Notes under the pieces: model-generated
Database searches by the model: none
Told to the model about the DNA's origin: nothing
The model's input: the letters and a program-made list of their open reading frames with translations, nothing else
In this document: positions 1 to 14,339 of the stretch, piece after piece
How positions within the stretch are numbered: position 1 is the first letter of the stretch
Layout: every line of letters begins with the position of its first letter
NCBI RefSeq assembly: GCF_964355755.1
Contig: NC_092680.1
Location: forward strand, 12,471,045-12,535,044
Source: Antedon mediterranea
Taxonomy: Eukaryota; Animalia; Echinodermata
Direction: 5' to 3'
Length of the DNA stretch: 64,000 bases
Program-made: the position numbers and the translations under genes

Positions 1-482
1 ATATACGCGCATTTTTTAAGTTCCTTTGAGTACATGCCATATTGTTTGATAATAAAATAGCAGAATTAAAAAAATAAGTACACAAATCATACACATTCTT
101 TATTCTTGTGGGTCTAAGGTTTCTTTGGGCTATGTCCAATGAATTACTACTTAGTGTAATGTCTTGCCTAGCTGTCGATTAGCCTCGACTCGACACATTT
201 TGCATAGTGGTGTGTGTGACGTGTGAAGAAGAGTGCGCGAAGGCAATCACGTGAATTGACAGAATCCTAGGCCTACTCAAAGATAGTGTAGTAGGAAGAT
301 GTTACACTTCCTATTCGTTCAATGCAAATAAAAGCGAGACAACATGGAGCTAAATTTAAAGGGCGCCTCGCACGTCGAGTAGGGATACAGAAAGTTATTG
401 TATAGGAAATAGGCTATTATAACAGTAGAATAATATGATTGTAAAAAAAGTTAAGATTTAATACGAATTAACATATAAAATG

Positions 483-2110
483 CGTATCCGGATATTCACC
501 CCCTGGACATTTACCCCCCGGACAACTACCCCCCGGACAACCACCACCTGGACCACTACCCCCTTAGGACAACTACCCCTTTAGGACAACTACCCCCCGG
601 ACAAATACCCCCCGGACAACTACCCCCTTAGGACAACAACCCCCTTAGGACAACTACCCCCTGGACAACTACCCCCCGGACAATTACCCCCTAGGAACAA
701 TTACCCCCCGGACAATTACCCCCCGGACAATTACCACCCGGACAATTACCACCCAGAAAACTATCCCTTTAGAACACCCTAACCACCCAGACCATTCAAC
801 AACCTGACTCTGCAACTATTAATTAATAACTATATTTTAATTCGTTACTTTGACGAATTACTATTCATTATTGTAAACAAAAGTAAAAGATTGAACATAA
901 ATATAGCCTGGTGGTATAAACTGAAGATTGTCACACATGATCATAGGATAGGATTTTTGCGTCAGGACAATGCTTCGATAACCACTGGTCTTAAAAGAAT
1001 TAATTTTTGTCTCAAATTTGTCATATATGTATTTTTGTACACTTGAAGAATAATATCACTTTTGATATTTGACCTCAATGTTCACTCACCGAATAAACGT
1101 CGATCTTTAAATAAATTCCCCTCAAATAAACGGTGAACATGTCACTCCCATGAAACATCATATGGAATAATCGGCGTCTATTTCCATTAGATTATACCCC
1201 CTCCCATTGAATAAACAACTTTCTTCCAATAAATGTCCACCTAAAAACCACCTAAACAATAAACAGCCCAGGCCGTTTTTTCAATAAATACGGTACTTTA
1301 AATCTAGCACATCTAGGGTCTAGCGTGCTGTTAAACAGAATAATCGGTTAAAAACGGGTGTTTCGAAACTAGAGACCCGAGACCAGAGACCAGAGACCCG
1401 AGACCCAATACGAAAAGGGAGACCTAAATATACGAAAAGGGAGACCCACGTACGAAAAGGGAGACCCCACTATACGAAAAGGGAGACCCCACTATACGAA
1501 AAGGGAGACCCTAATATACGAAAAGGGAGACCTAAATATACGAAAAGGGAGACCAAATATACGAAAAGGGAGACCCAAATATACGAAATGGGAGACCTAA
1601 ATATACGAAAAGGGAGACCCACTATAAGAAAAGGGAGACCCCACTATACGAAAAGAGAGACCACACTATACGAAAAGGGAGACCCTAATATACGAAATAT
1701 AGGTCTCCCTTTTCGTATTGGGTCTCGTGTCAGGTCTCTGGTCTCGGGTCTCTAGTTTCGAAACACCCGTTAAAAACAGATGATTTCATTTTTACAGAAA
1801 CCGGTCCTATATATTTGTCTACTTTTGGATTGGGGGGGGGGGGGGTAGTTGGCCGGGGGGTAGTTGACCGGGGGGTAGTTGACCGGGGGTAGTTGACCGG
1901 GGGGTAGTTATCCTAAGGGGGTAGTTGTCCTAAGGGGGTGGTTGTCCGGGGGGTTGTTGTCCGGGGGGTTGTTATCCTAAGGGGGTAGTTGTCCTAAGGG
2001 GGTAGTTGTCCGGGGGGTAGTTGTCCGGGGGGTAGTTGTCCTAAGGGGGTAGTTGTCCGGGTGGTAAACATCCGGGGGGTAACTGTCTAGGGGGTAGGTG
2101 TCCTAGAACC
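483..2110. mobile_element. MULE-like foldback element with GGACAACTACCCC subterminal arrays (copy 1)
   Basis: Array of about 14-15-bp GGACAACTACCCC units at 500-770 and the inverted array at 1845-2100. Flanked by ATAAAATG (475-482, 2111-2118). Same termini as the copy at 38300-39676. Confidence 0.75.
1356..1768. mobile_element. Nested MULE-type MITE with internal TATACGAAAAGGGAGACC tandem array
   Basis: TIRs GGGTGTTTCGAAACTAGAGACCCGAGACC / GGTCTCGGGTCTCTAGTTTCGAAACACCC. 9-bp TSD GTTAAAAAC (1347-1355, 1769-1777). About 12 copies of a roughly 23-bp unit inside. Confidence 0.85.
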
Positions 2111-5100
2111 ATAAAATGTAATGTTATCTTTATAGAAAGTGCAAATGAATCATATTTATATGTTTTGGAATACAAATTTGTGTTTCAATTACCTGGAATT
2201 GTTTAAGTACCTGGAATTTATCTACCCGTATTTTATTTCTTTTATTTTAATGTTTTTATTTGCAAATCAATTGAACTTTTTAAAATTATTTACATTTAAT
2301 TGTTTATCATTGGACATAGATAGAAAATTTAATACCTAGCTTTAGAAACACTTCTTCGTCAGAGTGAATAAATATATTAGGAGCCTAGTAGTGGTAAATA
2401 GGCCTATAATGTGTATGCCTATATAATAATCCATTACGTATGGTTTATTTCTAAGGGTAATAAAAGAGAATAGGTAGTATGGCATGTAATCAATAATCAA
2501 TCAATCAATCAATATTTATTATAATCAATAATATTATACAAATAGTCGATCTGCATAAACTGAATACGGTACCAGTAGGCTTGAACATTATAGGAATTTA
2601 GGACTACGAGTATGTTTTTTTACTGAAAAAAAAACAATTATTGTTAATTATCTATTAATTTTAATAATTTAATAATACTGTAACTAATTATTATATTATG
2701 CTTGTAACACTCCGAACTTTTGTGCATTCATCGTAATTGTATATGCCCTGATTATGTAACGCCTAACATTATTGATAATATTAATTATAAGCCAATGAGT
2801 TCATTATTGGTAAGGTTATATCAAGGAAAAAATATCCGCGGGGAAGCCTACTTTACCCCCTTTCATTATACTATCCTTACAAAAAATGTTCTATCTATAG
2901 AAGTTTTAGAATTCTATGTTAATCTATAGAAACAGATAATTTCTATAGAAACGAATTTACAGATTCTACCCCTAGAGTTTTATAGAAATTGCAGAAGAAT
3001 TGCTATAATTTATTCATAAATCATATATTGTTTGTCAACAACAATACTGTATACTGTAAAATTAGCATTATGACTTCAGACTTAACTGGGGTTTACCAAA
3101 GATAGGTAAGAGTTTTTATGGGTACGGGTGGGTTGGTTTGGGTACGGGTTGGTTTGGGTACGGGTTGGTTTGGGTACGAGATGACCACCATCCATTCATT
3201 CATGAAAGCGTCTACAGGCGCGCGTAAGCCTCCTCCTGATCCTAGCTCAGTGTTTACAGTCATGTCATGACAAAACTCACTCCAAATAAATGTATTAACA
3301 ATTAAAAAGATCCAAAAACAGTATGAAAACATCATATTAATTTTTAACTTTGTATAATAAAGACAAAAAAGAAGTTTTTGTTTGTTTTTTGTGGCTTATT
3401 TTTACAATTTATTGCCGAAAACACCATTTTCATTGGGCTTTGCCATTGCGCTCCTCATGTTTCAGATTCGTCTATCCCTACTCGTCGTGAGAGGCGCCCT
3501 ATCTCGAGCGGTTCTTTAATTTTTGAGCGAAGTGTAACATCTTCCTACTACACTATCTTTGGCCTACTGTAGAAAGTATCGTATCGCAGTTATGTAATCA
3601 CTTCTTGTTGCTATACGCTTGGGTGCACACGGAACAAGATAATTTAACTGATTAATTATTCATGTTTATTTTGTGACGTTTCATGAGGGGTCCCCAACTT
3701 ATGTACGAAAAAAAAATCGGGCCCGGGCAACACCCTTAATTTCATACTAAATTTTGTTTCTACCACTAAATTAAAATTGAGTCCCATTTCATCGCATACA
3801 ATATCCATATTTATACGTTATAGAAGTCCAGTCTGGAGAGAATATTTGTAAATTGGCAGAATGCACAGCAGTCACCAATAGGCCTACTATACCGCGCACA
3901 GATAAGTGTAGATAAGTTTCTGAGCATGCGCAGAATGAATTTCTGATTGGCTAGTTGCTTGTGGTGCGCGCGTCATAAGAGCAGGGAGATGTATCTCTCT
4001 CCTGATGAGAGGTACGAACGGAGGCCAACACACACTGTGTTCGGAAAAAACCCATCATATGGGTCGTCGATTTGTTCATAATTATTGCGTTTTTCTATAA
4101 TTTAAGGCCAAATCATAATTTTTGCGTATAGTTTTGTTTTTTTCGTGTAGTACCCTATTTATCTTCTCCGGACCCGGAACTTGAGTGGCTTAGTCATAAA
4201 GTAGTTACAGAGTTGCAGGGCATTTTATCACTGTTGAATGTTTTGATGTTAGCTTAATTGTTAAAATTGGTAACGCTGGCGCGAACGAATTTAACGACCT
4301 CCACAACCAAAATATTTCTTTGTAACAAAATTTATTTTAAATGAAGCGCTACAAAAATAATAACGTATCTTTGTTAAGCTTTACTATCAATCCATTTTCA
4401 TTATCACGCAATCCATTTTTCAACAATATGGTAGTATAATAACATTTTGATTGAATAGTGAGGGATTAGTTACAGTGTTGACTTTGAATACACCATAGGA
4501 AATTTACTGAAAATCCAAAATGAACTTGTGTTATAATAGAAACAAAATTATTCAATCAAAGATCAAAGAAACGCTCTACTACACATGAGAAATACATGTC
4601 GGTTGATAAACTTCTGACGACGACGAAAATAACGACAATCAGCTAAATGTATTCGTGATTTTATTTCATCTCTGGCTTGTTACATTATCATGACACATTA
4701 CCGGACTTCCCCCTCCTCTCGCAATGAACGGCAGTAGAGATCTTCCCTATCTAGGCTCGTGTATGTAGCCTACTACGTCATTCACAAATTACCCACGCAT
4801 AGCAGTGTTACTAGCGCCATCACAGATTACGTACCTCTAATCATAGAGAAATAAGTTATATTTTTTCCATGCTCTAATGGAACAAGCATTCACACATGAA
4901 CTTTGCGTCAAAAAAAAAATTCATCGACAAACGAAATATAGCCTATATTCATTCATTTTAAATATTAGGCATATTGCCCAGGCTAATAATCGATTTGTCC
5001 ATAATTATTGCGTTTTGCCGGGGGTTTTCCATAATCTAAGGCTAATTTTTAGGCCAAATAATAATTGTGGGTATAGTTTTGTATTTCCGATGCGTGTAGT

Positions 5101-5185
5101 ACCCTATTTATCTTCACTTCCGTACGTCCGTAAATATTAGGTCGAATTTCCGTAATGAATTTTACTTGCGAGAGTACCGTTTACG

Positions 5186-7427
5186 CAGCGGTGGCGCCAG
5201 GATTTTTCAGAAGCAGGGGCTACATTTCCCGACGAGGGGCGAAGCGAGCATCACTAGGCTGGAGACCAGGGGGAAGCCAAGGGCCCTCGGTGAAGCAACG
5301 CGTTCAAGCGTCATTTGAGGCCATTTTAATAAGATTTAGGGTAGCCACTTTTTCCATTGTTTTTATAATGCATAAAGAAAATACTGCTTGCAAAAACACG
5401 ATGCGCGATGATGACTGTTTCAATCCATATTTTTCAATTTTAAAAAAAAGTTCAAAATATGCCTATATTTATCGGGTAAATTGTAGCTTAGAAAATTAAT
5501 ATACGCAAACGTAAAGCGTAGGGTACCCACAGGCGAAGAGGTGTGCCTATATTGTTTATCGCATAAGCGTATGCTGGTTGCTGTCTGGGGTTGCAAAAAT
5601 GGTAAATGCGTGCCTTGGTCTGATCTGTAAGAAATTTTTGAAAAATAGAGCTGTTAGGTCCTCGGAAGTTGCAATTAATTCTATGAAACGAAATTACAAG
5701 TCTACAGAAACAGACAACCGTGGTTGGGATGGAGCTAAGAAGATTTAGAAAAATAGAGTTGGAGGTCCCGGAAATTGGACTTATTATACTTCAAAACAAG
5801 AAACAAAATATAGTCCCTATCATGGTTATGACTGAGATAAGACATTTTTGAAAATTAGAGCTGTTAGGTCCCGAAAAGTGCACTTATTATTATTCGAAAT
5901 ATGACCAGCCTTATGGTTGGGGCTGAGCTAAGAAAATGTTTAAAACTAGAGCTGCAGGTCTTCAAAAATTGCATCTCATACTATGGAAACATCGGGCCTA
6001 GAGGCTTAAAAAAAGTGGTCCGTTTTGCCTTTATTTTAGAGGAGGAGGTGGGGTGCGTCCGCAAGCGTAGAACCTTTTAGTCGGGGAAATCAGTTTATAG
6101 CCTACTTCCCAAGTGTATGCGTGCGTACGTCCATCTGGACTTCCGAGTGGTGAGAAGTTCATACAGGACATTGACAATTTAATAACTTAGCTATAATAAG
6201 ATGTTGGCTAAGCGAAAATAGCATGTTTTTTTGTGTAGTAATGTATGAAATATATATTTTAAGTGCCCTATGGTACAGGGTTACTTGTAAATCCAAAAAT
6301 TTGTGAACATACGAACAATTAACATAATTCGTTTTTCCTGTAGTGTAGCTTACGTCGACACAGTACACGACGTAACCGTCGGTAAACTTCGCCTGGAAAG
6401 TAACTACAATACACATTTTGGTCCCTGGATGGAACATGATATCACGCGTCTGGACCCAACGTTGAACGATTCGTACAAAGGGATACTTTAAAATTAGGAC
6501 TTATAAGTACTTTCAGAAAGAGAAACACATAATAACAAATAAATAAATCCTTTAAATTGATGATTTTACAGATGTGTTTCTTTGTATACTGTAATGTAAC
6601 TCCTCGAGCTCCCCATGCTCAATGTTTTTGTTTCTATGGAGCGCCAAAAGAGCAACAATAATAGTACAAGTATAAAAACAGAAAGAAAACGAAACAAAAA
6701 AACTTATCATGATTTTTAAATTAAAATTTATTTGCCAGTATTTATTTCTTCGTACTTGCATGATTATACTATTATCATTACAATTTTAATTTTACATTGT
6801 TCCATTCACACTGTAGATGGACTCCACAGGGTTTTCAGCCCTCTATATAATTTTTGCTCTTTTGACGTTCCATAGAAACAAAAACATTGAACATGGTGTA
6901 GGCCTACTGTACTGTAGGCTAGTCATTTTGTGTGCGAGAAAAACGTCTGTAAAATCACCAATTTAAAAATGTATTTGTTACTTTTTATGTGATTCTTTTT
7001 CATGAAAGTGCCAATTCTAAGGTGTGGTATTCAGAATAAATGTTTGGAGTTAAAATACAAGGCAGGTGCGAAAGATAAATATTTGTAATCTTAGGTCTGG
7101 GTCTTAGCTTTCGTGATCTTAGGTCTTAGGGGGTCTTAGCTTTCGTGGTCTTAGGTTTCGTGACACCCACTGTTTAATAGCTAGATCGCTGGCAATAACT
7201 AATGCATAGTGCATAATAGCCCTCTGATGTATTCACGGTCAATGGAACGTCGCGGTTTTCTAGGCGCTGAAGCTACGAAGTGAACGCGAACGATTTTTAC
7301 TGTTATTATATTCCCCGACAAAAAGTACCCGTGTTCCCCGACGGGGGGGGGGGGGGGGCTAGGCTCCCCGACGAGGGGGCTAGAGCCCCCGTAGCTCCTC
7401 CCCCCCCCCCCGCTGGCGCCACCACTG
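5186..7427. mobile_element. Non-autonomous hAT-like element (CAG termini, 6-bp duplication)
   Basis: CAGCGGTGGCGCCAG at 5186 and CTGGCGCCACCACTG ending 7427 (1 mismatch). TTTACG on both flanks (5180-5185, 7428-7433). Contains degenerate repeats of about 110 bp (5630-5960) and MITE fragments. Confidence 0.6.
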
Positions 7428-7821
7428 TTTACGGCCATCTTGGGGTGTCATTTAACAATTTGCTTGCTCAAATACTCAGTGTCTACAGCCCTGGAGTCTT
7501 TGGGCAACTCTCTTAAAATAGTCCTGTGACCGCCCCTGAACACCTAATCATATCTTAATTTAATCTTAATAAGTTTTTTAAAAATAGAATACATTAATGT
7601 TATATTACTAACCAATAACTGTACTTTTATACTAGGCTAAAGTCGCTATAGCTATACACTTGAATTACCCCATGATAGTATAGTGTGGAAGCGTCCAACT
7701 TTTACGCAAAAAAGTAGCCATTCGCTTACCAAAGTCTGTTTGTGCAATCATTAGGGCTTAATTCGGTTGGCGGTACAAGAAGCTCGACTGGGGAATAAAC
7801 CATAGGCCCTACATTAAATTC

Positions 7822-10800
7822 ATGAAAGATACGGCGATGGATAAGTTATATGAATACATGGAGGAACGAGGAATTGAAGAAGAGTACATACAGACAATGA
7901 GGGATGAAAAGGTAAACAAAAAACAATGTCTATGCTTAAATCATGGGAATACCAAATATTATACTGTAATTATATTTGTCATTAAATATTGTATCCTCTA
8001 TAAGATTAATATAGGCCTATAGTCCTATTCTGCATCTTTGTTGTATGAGGTTGAAACGTTCACACGGCGCCCAGTTGCGAATCCAGGGAGAGGGGGAATG
8101 TTTAAGTTTTTGTGAACCCCCTAATAAGCGGCGTAAAAAGGAGGTTTGTACTGTGAAATCTGTAATTTTCCCAAATATTTAAGTTTTTCACCCAATAAAA
8201 GGCAACCTTACAGCAATTTCAAATTTTGTTTCCATAAATGGTTTCCCTTATAGTTGTAGTGTTTATCTAATCAATATTAAAATTGATATATGTACATATA
8301 CATGATTTATCCTAATCTGTTAAGAAAATTCATAATTTAACGTAGCACATACGGGTCGCTTGCATGCCACGATGTTTTACACAGTACGCACACATTTTAA
8401 AAGGTTTATTGTTTAGATCAATCATTGGTATGCCTAATTAAATATATTGAAACGTTCACTCGACCCCTTAATGTGACTATGTAATGCATGATGTTAATCA
8501 ACTTTTGTTTTTTGCAGATTTATTCAGTAGTTATAGTAGTCATGACTGACGAAGACCTTTCGAAATTTATTCCTCTCCTTGGGGACAGAATTGCTGTACG
8601 CGAATTTTGCAAAGACAAAAAACGCAAAGGTAAAAGTAAAAAAAAAACAGTTCTACAAAAACTCAAACAAAAATTGAACAAGAGAAGGGACGATGAAGAG
8701 GACGTGGAAGAGGACGGAAATCTTTGGGATACGCGCTCAAGCACGCTGTTGGGGAACAAAAATGCCCAAAAACAAATCGGAAAATCGATATAGGGTGGTT
8801 GGACTACGACGCTGAATCAAAATGCTTCAAACAAGTTCGCAAACAAAAAGGAGGAGGAACAAGACAGCTAATAGTTCAAAAGTCCACAAATTATAATGAA
8901 CTTTTAGAAATTGCCACTAACTAGCGAATTCAACTGCAAGCTATGTGATTTTCGACAACATCCCTTGAAAAAAGACATGAGCGTTGGGGAGCTGTATGCT
9001 GAATGCAAAATGGCAGTTCTAAGGTTCTACCTTCAAACCACTCCAGTTGGCAGAAAAGATGAAGCCGTAAAACGAAAGAGAAGTGGCGAGTCATCTGATG
9101 ACCGGTATGGTGTACCCTAAATCAGATGATTTCAGATGAAGGGGATTCTGCTGTAATTTTGTTTCTTTTCAATTTCAATTTTTTCGTTTCTGTCGTATTT
9201 ATATGGTGTTGATTTTTTTTTTTTGTAATACAGTATCACGAACTTGTGTAAAAACAATCAATATTGATTGAACGAGTTGTACTACACATCAGTCTCGTGT
9301 CTAAATAAAGTTTATATATATATGACGACGACGGGGATAATGATGTACCGTTGGTAGCAATAGACCATCCAACACGCCCACTTGTACAGCCCGACACACC
9401 AACCGTATCGTTTAAGGTATGTAATATTTAAAATTGTAATTGGAACCCACAAGTAATAATTATGCATTGTATAATTGTGGTACAACTCAATGATATACTA
9501 GTGTGATTCATTTTTGTTAATTAACAGAAGACCGAGTCCATCTTTTCTGGTAGTAAATATAACCTTGTTACAGAAAGGTGAAATAACTCATCGTGCACTT
9601 ATAATACAATATTCATAAAGTAAACTCCAGCATTATAATGAATTGCTCCATTTTCCGAATCTTCAGAATGATGAATCGAGGTAGCATACATAGACGTGAC
9701 AGGGCTACCATTACGATAGTAGTAATCAACTATTTGTTTAAAAACAAAAATACAAGTTTATGTACCATGGTTAGATTTAAAGGCAAATTGTCTGTCATCA
9801 GAAGTTATAGTATCACCAGATAATTCGATAAGAACATGTTCTAAAACCTTAGATAATACACAGGCTAGGGCCTCGGCACCCAAAATCTTCTTACTATGGC
9901 AAACTCAGGCCAAATGCTTAAATTCATTAATGAATCTCTACTATTAAAATCACAACTTATCTTAAACGAAGAACAATCATCCCTTTTACTTGGAAGAGAT
10001 CCAACTGTTGCTTCAATTGAATTTGACTTTGACTTTGACTTTGTTGCTTTGAATTGACTTTGTTCGCAGATGGTTCTTAACATCTTCTACTGTTGTACTC
10101 GGGTCCATATATACAGTGGTGTAACAGGCGGGGGTGGGTTCCAGATACGGCGGGTTCCAGATACCCCCTGACGGATGTTGAACCGTGCTAAACAAGCCTT
10201 CGCACTTGGCTGGGGTACTGGCCGGAATGCAATTGTAGACAAAAAATCTAGTTAATGACAAGGGCGTATCCCTCATACTTTTTGGTTTGGACGTTGTTGG
10301 TTACTTTTTGTATTTTTTTGTATCTTTGGTTTCGTATGCCCAGTGCATACGCACGTAGGTATGCATGTGTGTATTTTATTGTTACAGTAACATTTTGAGC
10401 AATATTTATTTTAAACAATATATACTGGTTGCGCTTTTCTGATAATTCTTATTGTGCACTTTGAATTATATAGACTACTAATGAAAGCAGTTTGCGAACA
10501 GTTGGGAGTGCTGGAAGGAGAAGTGGGGAAACAAAATTTTACCCATAACATAGAGCTATTAGAGCAACGCAAATATGCTATGGCTGGTAGTTTCGTTGCA
10601 TGGAGTCTATTGCATGGAGGTCCGGGCTTACCAACTTTGCAACCAGAGCTTTTCAAGCTAATGTGTGGGTTAAAGTCAAATGGATTTTCGGACGTTAATA
10701 GTGTGTGTGACATAGATGTCCGAGGCAAGATAGCAAAGGCAAGTGATTTTCGTTTACCATTCTAACATCAAATAACTTATGGGAATATGTGTTATGTTAA

Positions 10801-12701
10801 AATATTCTATACGTTACCTACCGGACTTTTTATTTATAACATTTTTAAATGGGACAAGAAATGTTATTAATTTAACTTTTACTATTAAAATAGCAAAAGG
10901 TAAATTAATACAATTTTTGTTTTACATTTTTTTTAACATAAATTTTGGTTATTTACGGTCTGATTATTTTTTAAAACACGTAGGCCTACAGTAACCACAA
11001 TCAACTTATTTAACCCAAACCTAATAGGCCTATAATACACGCGGCAAAACGTGTAGACCTACATTGTCTTTTATCACACGTTTAGGCCTAATAGGCTTAC
11101 GATGAATTTGTATTTAATTTTTGTATATTTGTAAAGTATTTGATTACAGTATCTTTATATCCAGATTGCAAATGCCAAACGACGGATGAGTACCGTACTA
11201 TTTCACATGAATTATCGGATTGGGCGGCAGATCAAGAGTCAAGACGTTGTATAACTCAGATTTCAATCAAAAACAACAAGTCGTGTCAAGTCTGTTGAAG
11301 CATTTTTTGTTTTACAGGTAACGTAACAGGCCTAATTGATAGTATATTGTAAGCACATGGTTATTCAGTGTTAGATGCGGGTAAACTAGATATAGATATT
11401 ACACTGGCAAATAGGCCTCCATGGGTTACGTCATGTAAACAATTAGTTACTAGCCCTTTTTAATCCAATAAATAGTACGGTATCATTAGGCCTATGCATA
11501 TTTCCTTAAGGAAAATCACAAGGGGTTATGTCTAGTTCAGGACAGGAGAAACATTTTGGCATTAGGATTTAAAAGCATCGTGAAGGAAAATCCATCGAAA
11601 TCCATCCAAATGAAATTCTCCTTTGATTTTTATTTGTCGGTTGACGGCTGCTCTGGGTGATTCTTCTGTAAAATTGCTGAACTTTAAATCAAGGCTTGGA
11701 ATTATTGTACAGGTCGTATGAATGTGAACACATTTTATTTGTTAATTGTGATTATAATTTACATGGTGCATTCATTTTCTCCTAATCTAGAACACAGTGA
11801 AATCCGACAGTTCACTGAAGGATTGGGAGTACTTTGGGAAAAAGTAAGAGATTACCCAAACCAATTTGTCCCACTTTTTACTCTGGAGGGGAAAGGACTG
11901 ACACGGCAAGTACTAAAGACACTAATGACAGTTGAATATTCAGAGGCAGGCTCCAATTTACGAAGTCTGGAGGTTTTTTTACAAGAGTCGGAAGGTATTG
12001 TACAGTATTTAAACTATTTATATCTTTATTTTAATGTAAACTAAATTAAACTCTATAGATGGGCCAGTAGCGTTACATGCAGGGGGAGGGAGAGGGGGTG
12101 TTGAGATACCCCCACACCTGGCGGATTTTATACACGGCTGACAAATCCTTCGGGCTGAGAATGAATATCCAAAGTAAAATTAGATACCCCCAAACAGGGC
12201 TCGAAACGAAACGATACAATACCGTATTTCCTTACAGTTATATAATATAGCCCTTCGAGAAAGAAACAATTAGGTTGTGTGTATTCACGAACAAACTTTA
12301 CCTTGAAGAACTATACCGCTATACCCTATATTTGTAATTCCTTGTACCAAAACGAAAGTATGCTAATAAGAGCGATGAAAGGGTAAATGGTAGACGAAAA
12401 AAGTATACATTTTTTATTTCATAATGTTTAACATTTTTATTTTTATGCATTTTAGATAAAAAAGACCAAGACATCCCTTGGAGACTTCCTAACATTTGTT
12501 ACTGGTACTGACTCAATTCCCCCTCTTGGTTTTAGCAACCAGATACATATAATTTTTTTTAGTAAGGAGCGAAAGATGAGAGGTTACCCGACAGCCAGTA
12601 CATGTGGGTTGGATTTACACCTCCCCCGTGGATATGACGATCCATTGGAATTCACAACTCTAATGGAGGAAGCCATCATAAATGGCAAGAGTTTTGGATA
12701 A
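7822..12701 (+). pseudogene. Decayed multi-exon G2E3-like HECT E3 ubiquitin ligase
   Basis: Exon-like pieces: 7822-7911, 8518-9110 (frameshifts near 8775 and 8920), about 10474-10738 (YAMAGSFVAWSLLHGGPG), about 11790-11993 (IRQFTEGL) and about 12456-12701. The last reads LGDFLTFVTGTDSIPPLGF...YPTASTCGLDLHLP...INGKSFG-stop, a HECT C-lobe with the catalytic Cys. Disrupted by frameshifts and a LINE fragment. Confidence 0.75.
9650..10330 (-). mobile_element. LINE ORF1 C-terminal fragment
   Basis: ORF 9865-10083 ends SSFKISC...LMNLSIWPEFAIVRRF, resembling the SFK...WPxxxxVRxF ending of CR1/L2-group ORF1 proteins. Boundaries approximate. Confidence 0.5.
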
Positions 12702-13430
12702 CTTTAAAGATGTATTGTCCCCCAAAATCATGAAGAATAAAGATTTTTTAAATCGGACTTTGAATAGGCCATTTTGCAGTTTTAATGAAGTTGTTTCCAT
12801 AAGAAAAAAAACGAGGAAAAAAAATTATTTCACCTATAGAAAGACAAAACAGTTAAACAGTTAAATTACCCCAAAACTCATTGTCTTCCAGCCAATTCGA
12901 CCATTTATTTGCTTTAAATTACAGTTTTCTTAGGTAAATAATTTTTTTTCAGACCCATTTTTGTGTGAAAGTGAATAACTATTATGTGACATTAAAATAA
13001 CATATTCAACAAAACAATTAAAAAAAAAAAATTTCAGGGGGACAATAGCCTATATCTTTAAATTATGATCAAGTTTTAGTAGCCAACAGTTTTGTAATTG
13101 TTTCAGAAATAAAATACTGTTATATTAAAGTTTCAATAAACAAAATGTTGTTGTTAAATTACATCTGTTTTACTGTATTGTACAGCTACATAACACAATT
13201 CTGTCTGATCATCACAAACTGAACATAATACTATAAATATAATTGTTTATATTGTATTCATTACATGTGTTCGTTGCAATTGTTCTAACTTTGTATTGGA
13301 AATAATATCACAGTGACAATTAATTAATTAAAAAAAACGATTTATAACGTGATAATGTGATATCACGTGCTTGCTGTGGCATTTGATCAGCTGACGTCAA
13401 GAAACATATTTCTAAGACTGCTGTAGGCCT

Positions 13431-14335
13431 AATAATAATAACTTTATTGTTTCTCTTTTATAGCAGAGGCACAATTCTCAGATGTGCAACAACAAAAAAA
13501 AAAAATAAATATGAACTTATCTTACTACACAATCAAATACAAACATTATAAATTATTACAATAAAAAGTATATACACATTAGGTTATAAAAATACATTCA
13601 ATACATTTGAGCGAAAAGTAAAAGATTGTTTTATGGACGGATATTATAAATTTTGTTGCGTTCTTTCCATGCAGTTGTTAAAAATAATTTACAATATTTG
13701 TCAAAGATGTTACTTGCTAATACATAGTTAATATTGTTTATACATTGGATTTGATATTCTTCATGAATTTCTAGGTCGTCAAAAAAAAGGTGATATTTAA
13801 GTTCAGGTGAGCTTGACATGAATAAGTCCCATATTTTATGCAAATCATTGTTGTATAGATCTTCCTTAAGTTGTTTAAATATTGAGTTTCTAATATTAAC
13901 TAATCTAGTACAATTGAATACAAAATGATAAATTGTTTCTTTTTCACCACAATTACATAACAAACATGATCCTAACTTTTGTGGTGACCAAGCTTCCTTT
14001 CTTCCTTCGAGTGGTAATGAGTTAGAACGAGCTTTAAATTTTAGACTTGATGCATGGTAGCTACGTTTTTCCAATAAGTATTTTTCCATTTTAGGTTCAT
14101 TTTTATATCTTTGTAATTTGTTAAGGATGATTTAGTTTGAGCCTTGTTAAACCATGTTATGTTATCTTCTATAATATTTTTTTCTTTAAAACCATTAAGC
14201 CACTTATTACAATAATCAATATTGAAAAACATTTGCAAATCAAATTTGTTTAAAATGGATTCAATCTTTTGGAGCCATTTCCAACTGAGTCTATCTGTAT
14301 AACTGCAAACCTTCATCACATAAGTATGGTACAAT
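13431..14335 (-). mobile_element. 5'-truncated LINE, 3' end of ORF2
   Basis: Frameshifted ORFs 14041-14334 and 13631-14089 with the C-terminal CCHC motif CLLCNCGEKETIYHFVFNC. On the minus strand an AATAAA is followed by a (TTA)n tail at 13431-13448. Confidence 0.75.
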
Positions 14336-14339
14336 GTAC

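Larger units (their letters stand above)
278..3561. mobile_element. Non-autonomous P-element-like DNA transposon (33-bp TIR, 7-bp TSD)
   Basis: CAAAGATAGTGTAGTAGGAAGATGTTACACTTC (278-310) is the exact reverse complement of 3529-3561. It is flanked by the direct repeat GCCTACT (271-277, 3562-3568), with weaker subterminal inverted similarity at 361-389 vs about 3470-3500. CA-starting TIRs with a 7-bp TSD fit the P superfamily. No transposase ORF. Confidence 0.7.

Noticed and set aside
1405-1700. Regular TATACGAAAAGGGAGACC repeats resembling a CRISPR array
   Set aside because: Intervening sequences are only a few bases and non-unique. The array lies inside a TIR/TSD-bounded MITE in eukaryotic DNA with no cas genes.
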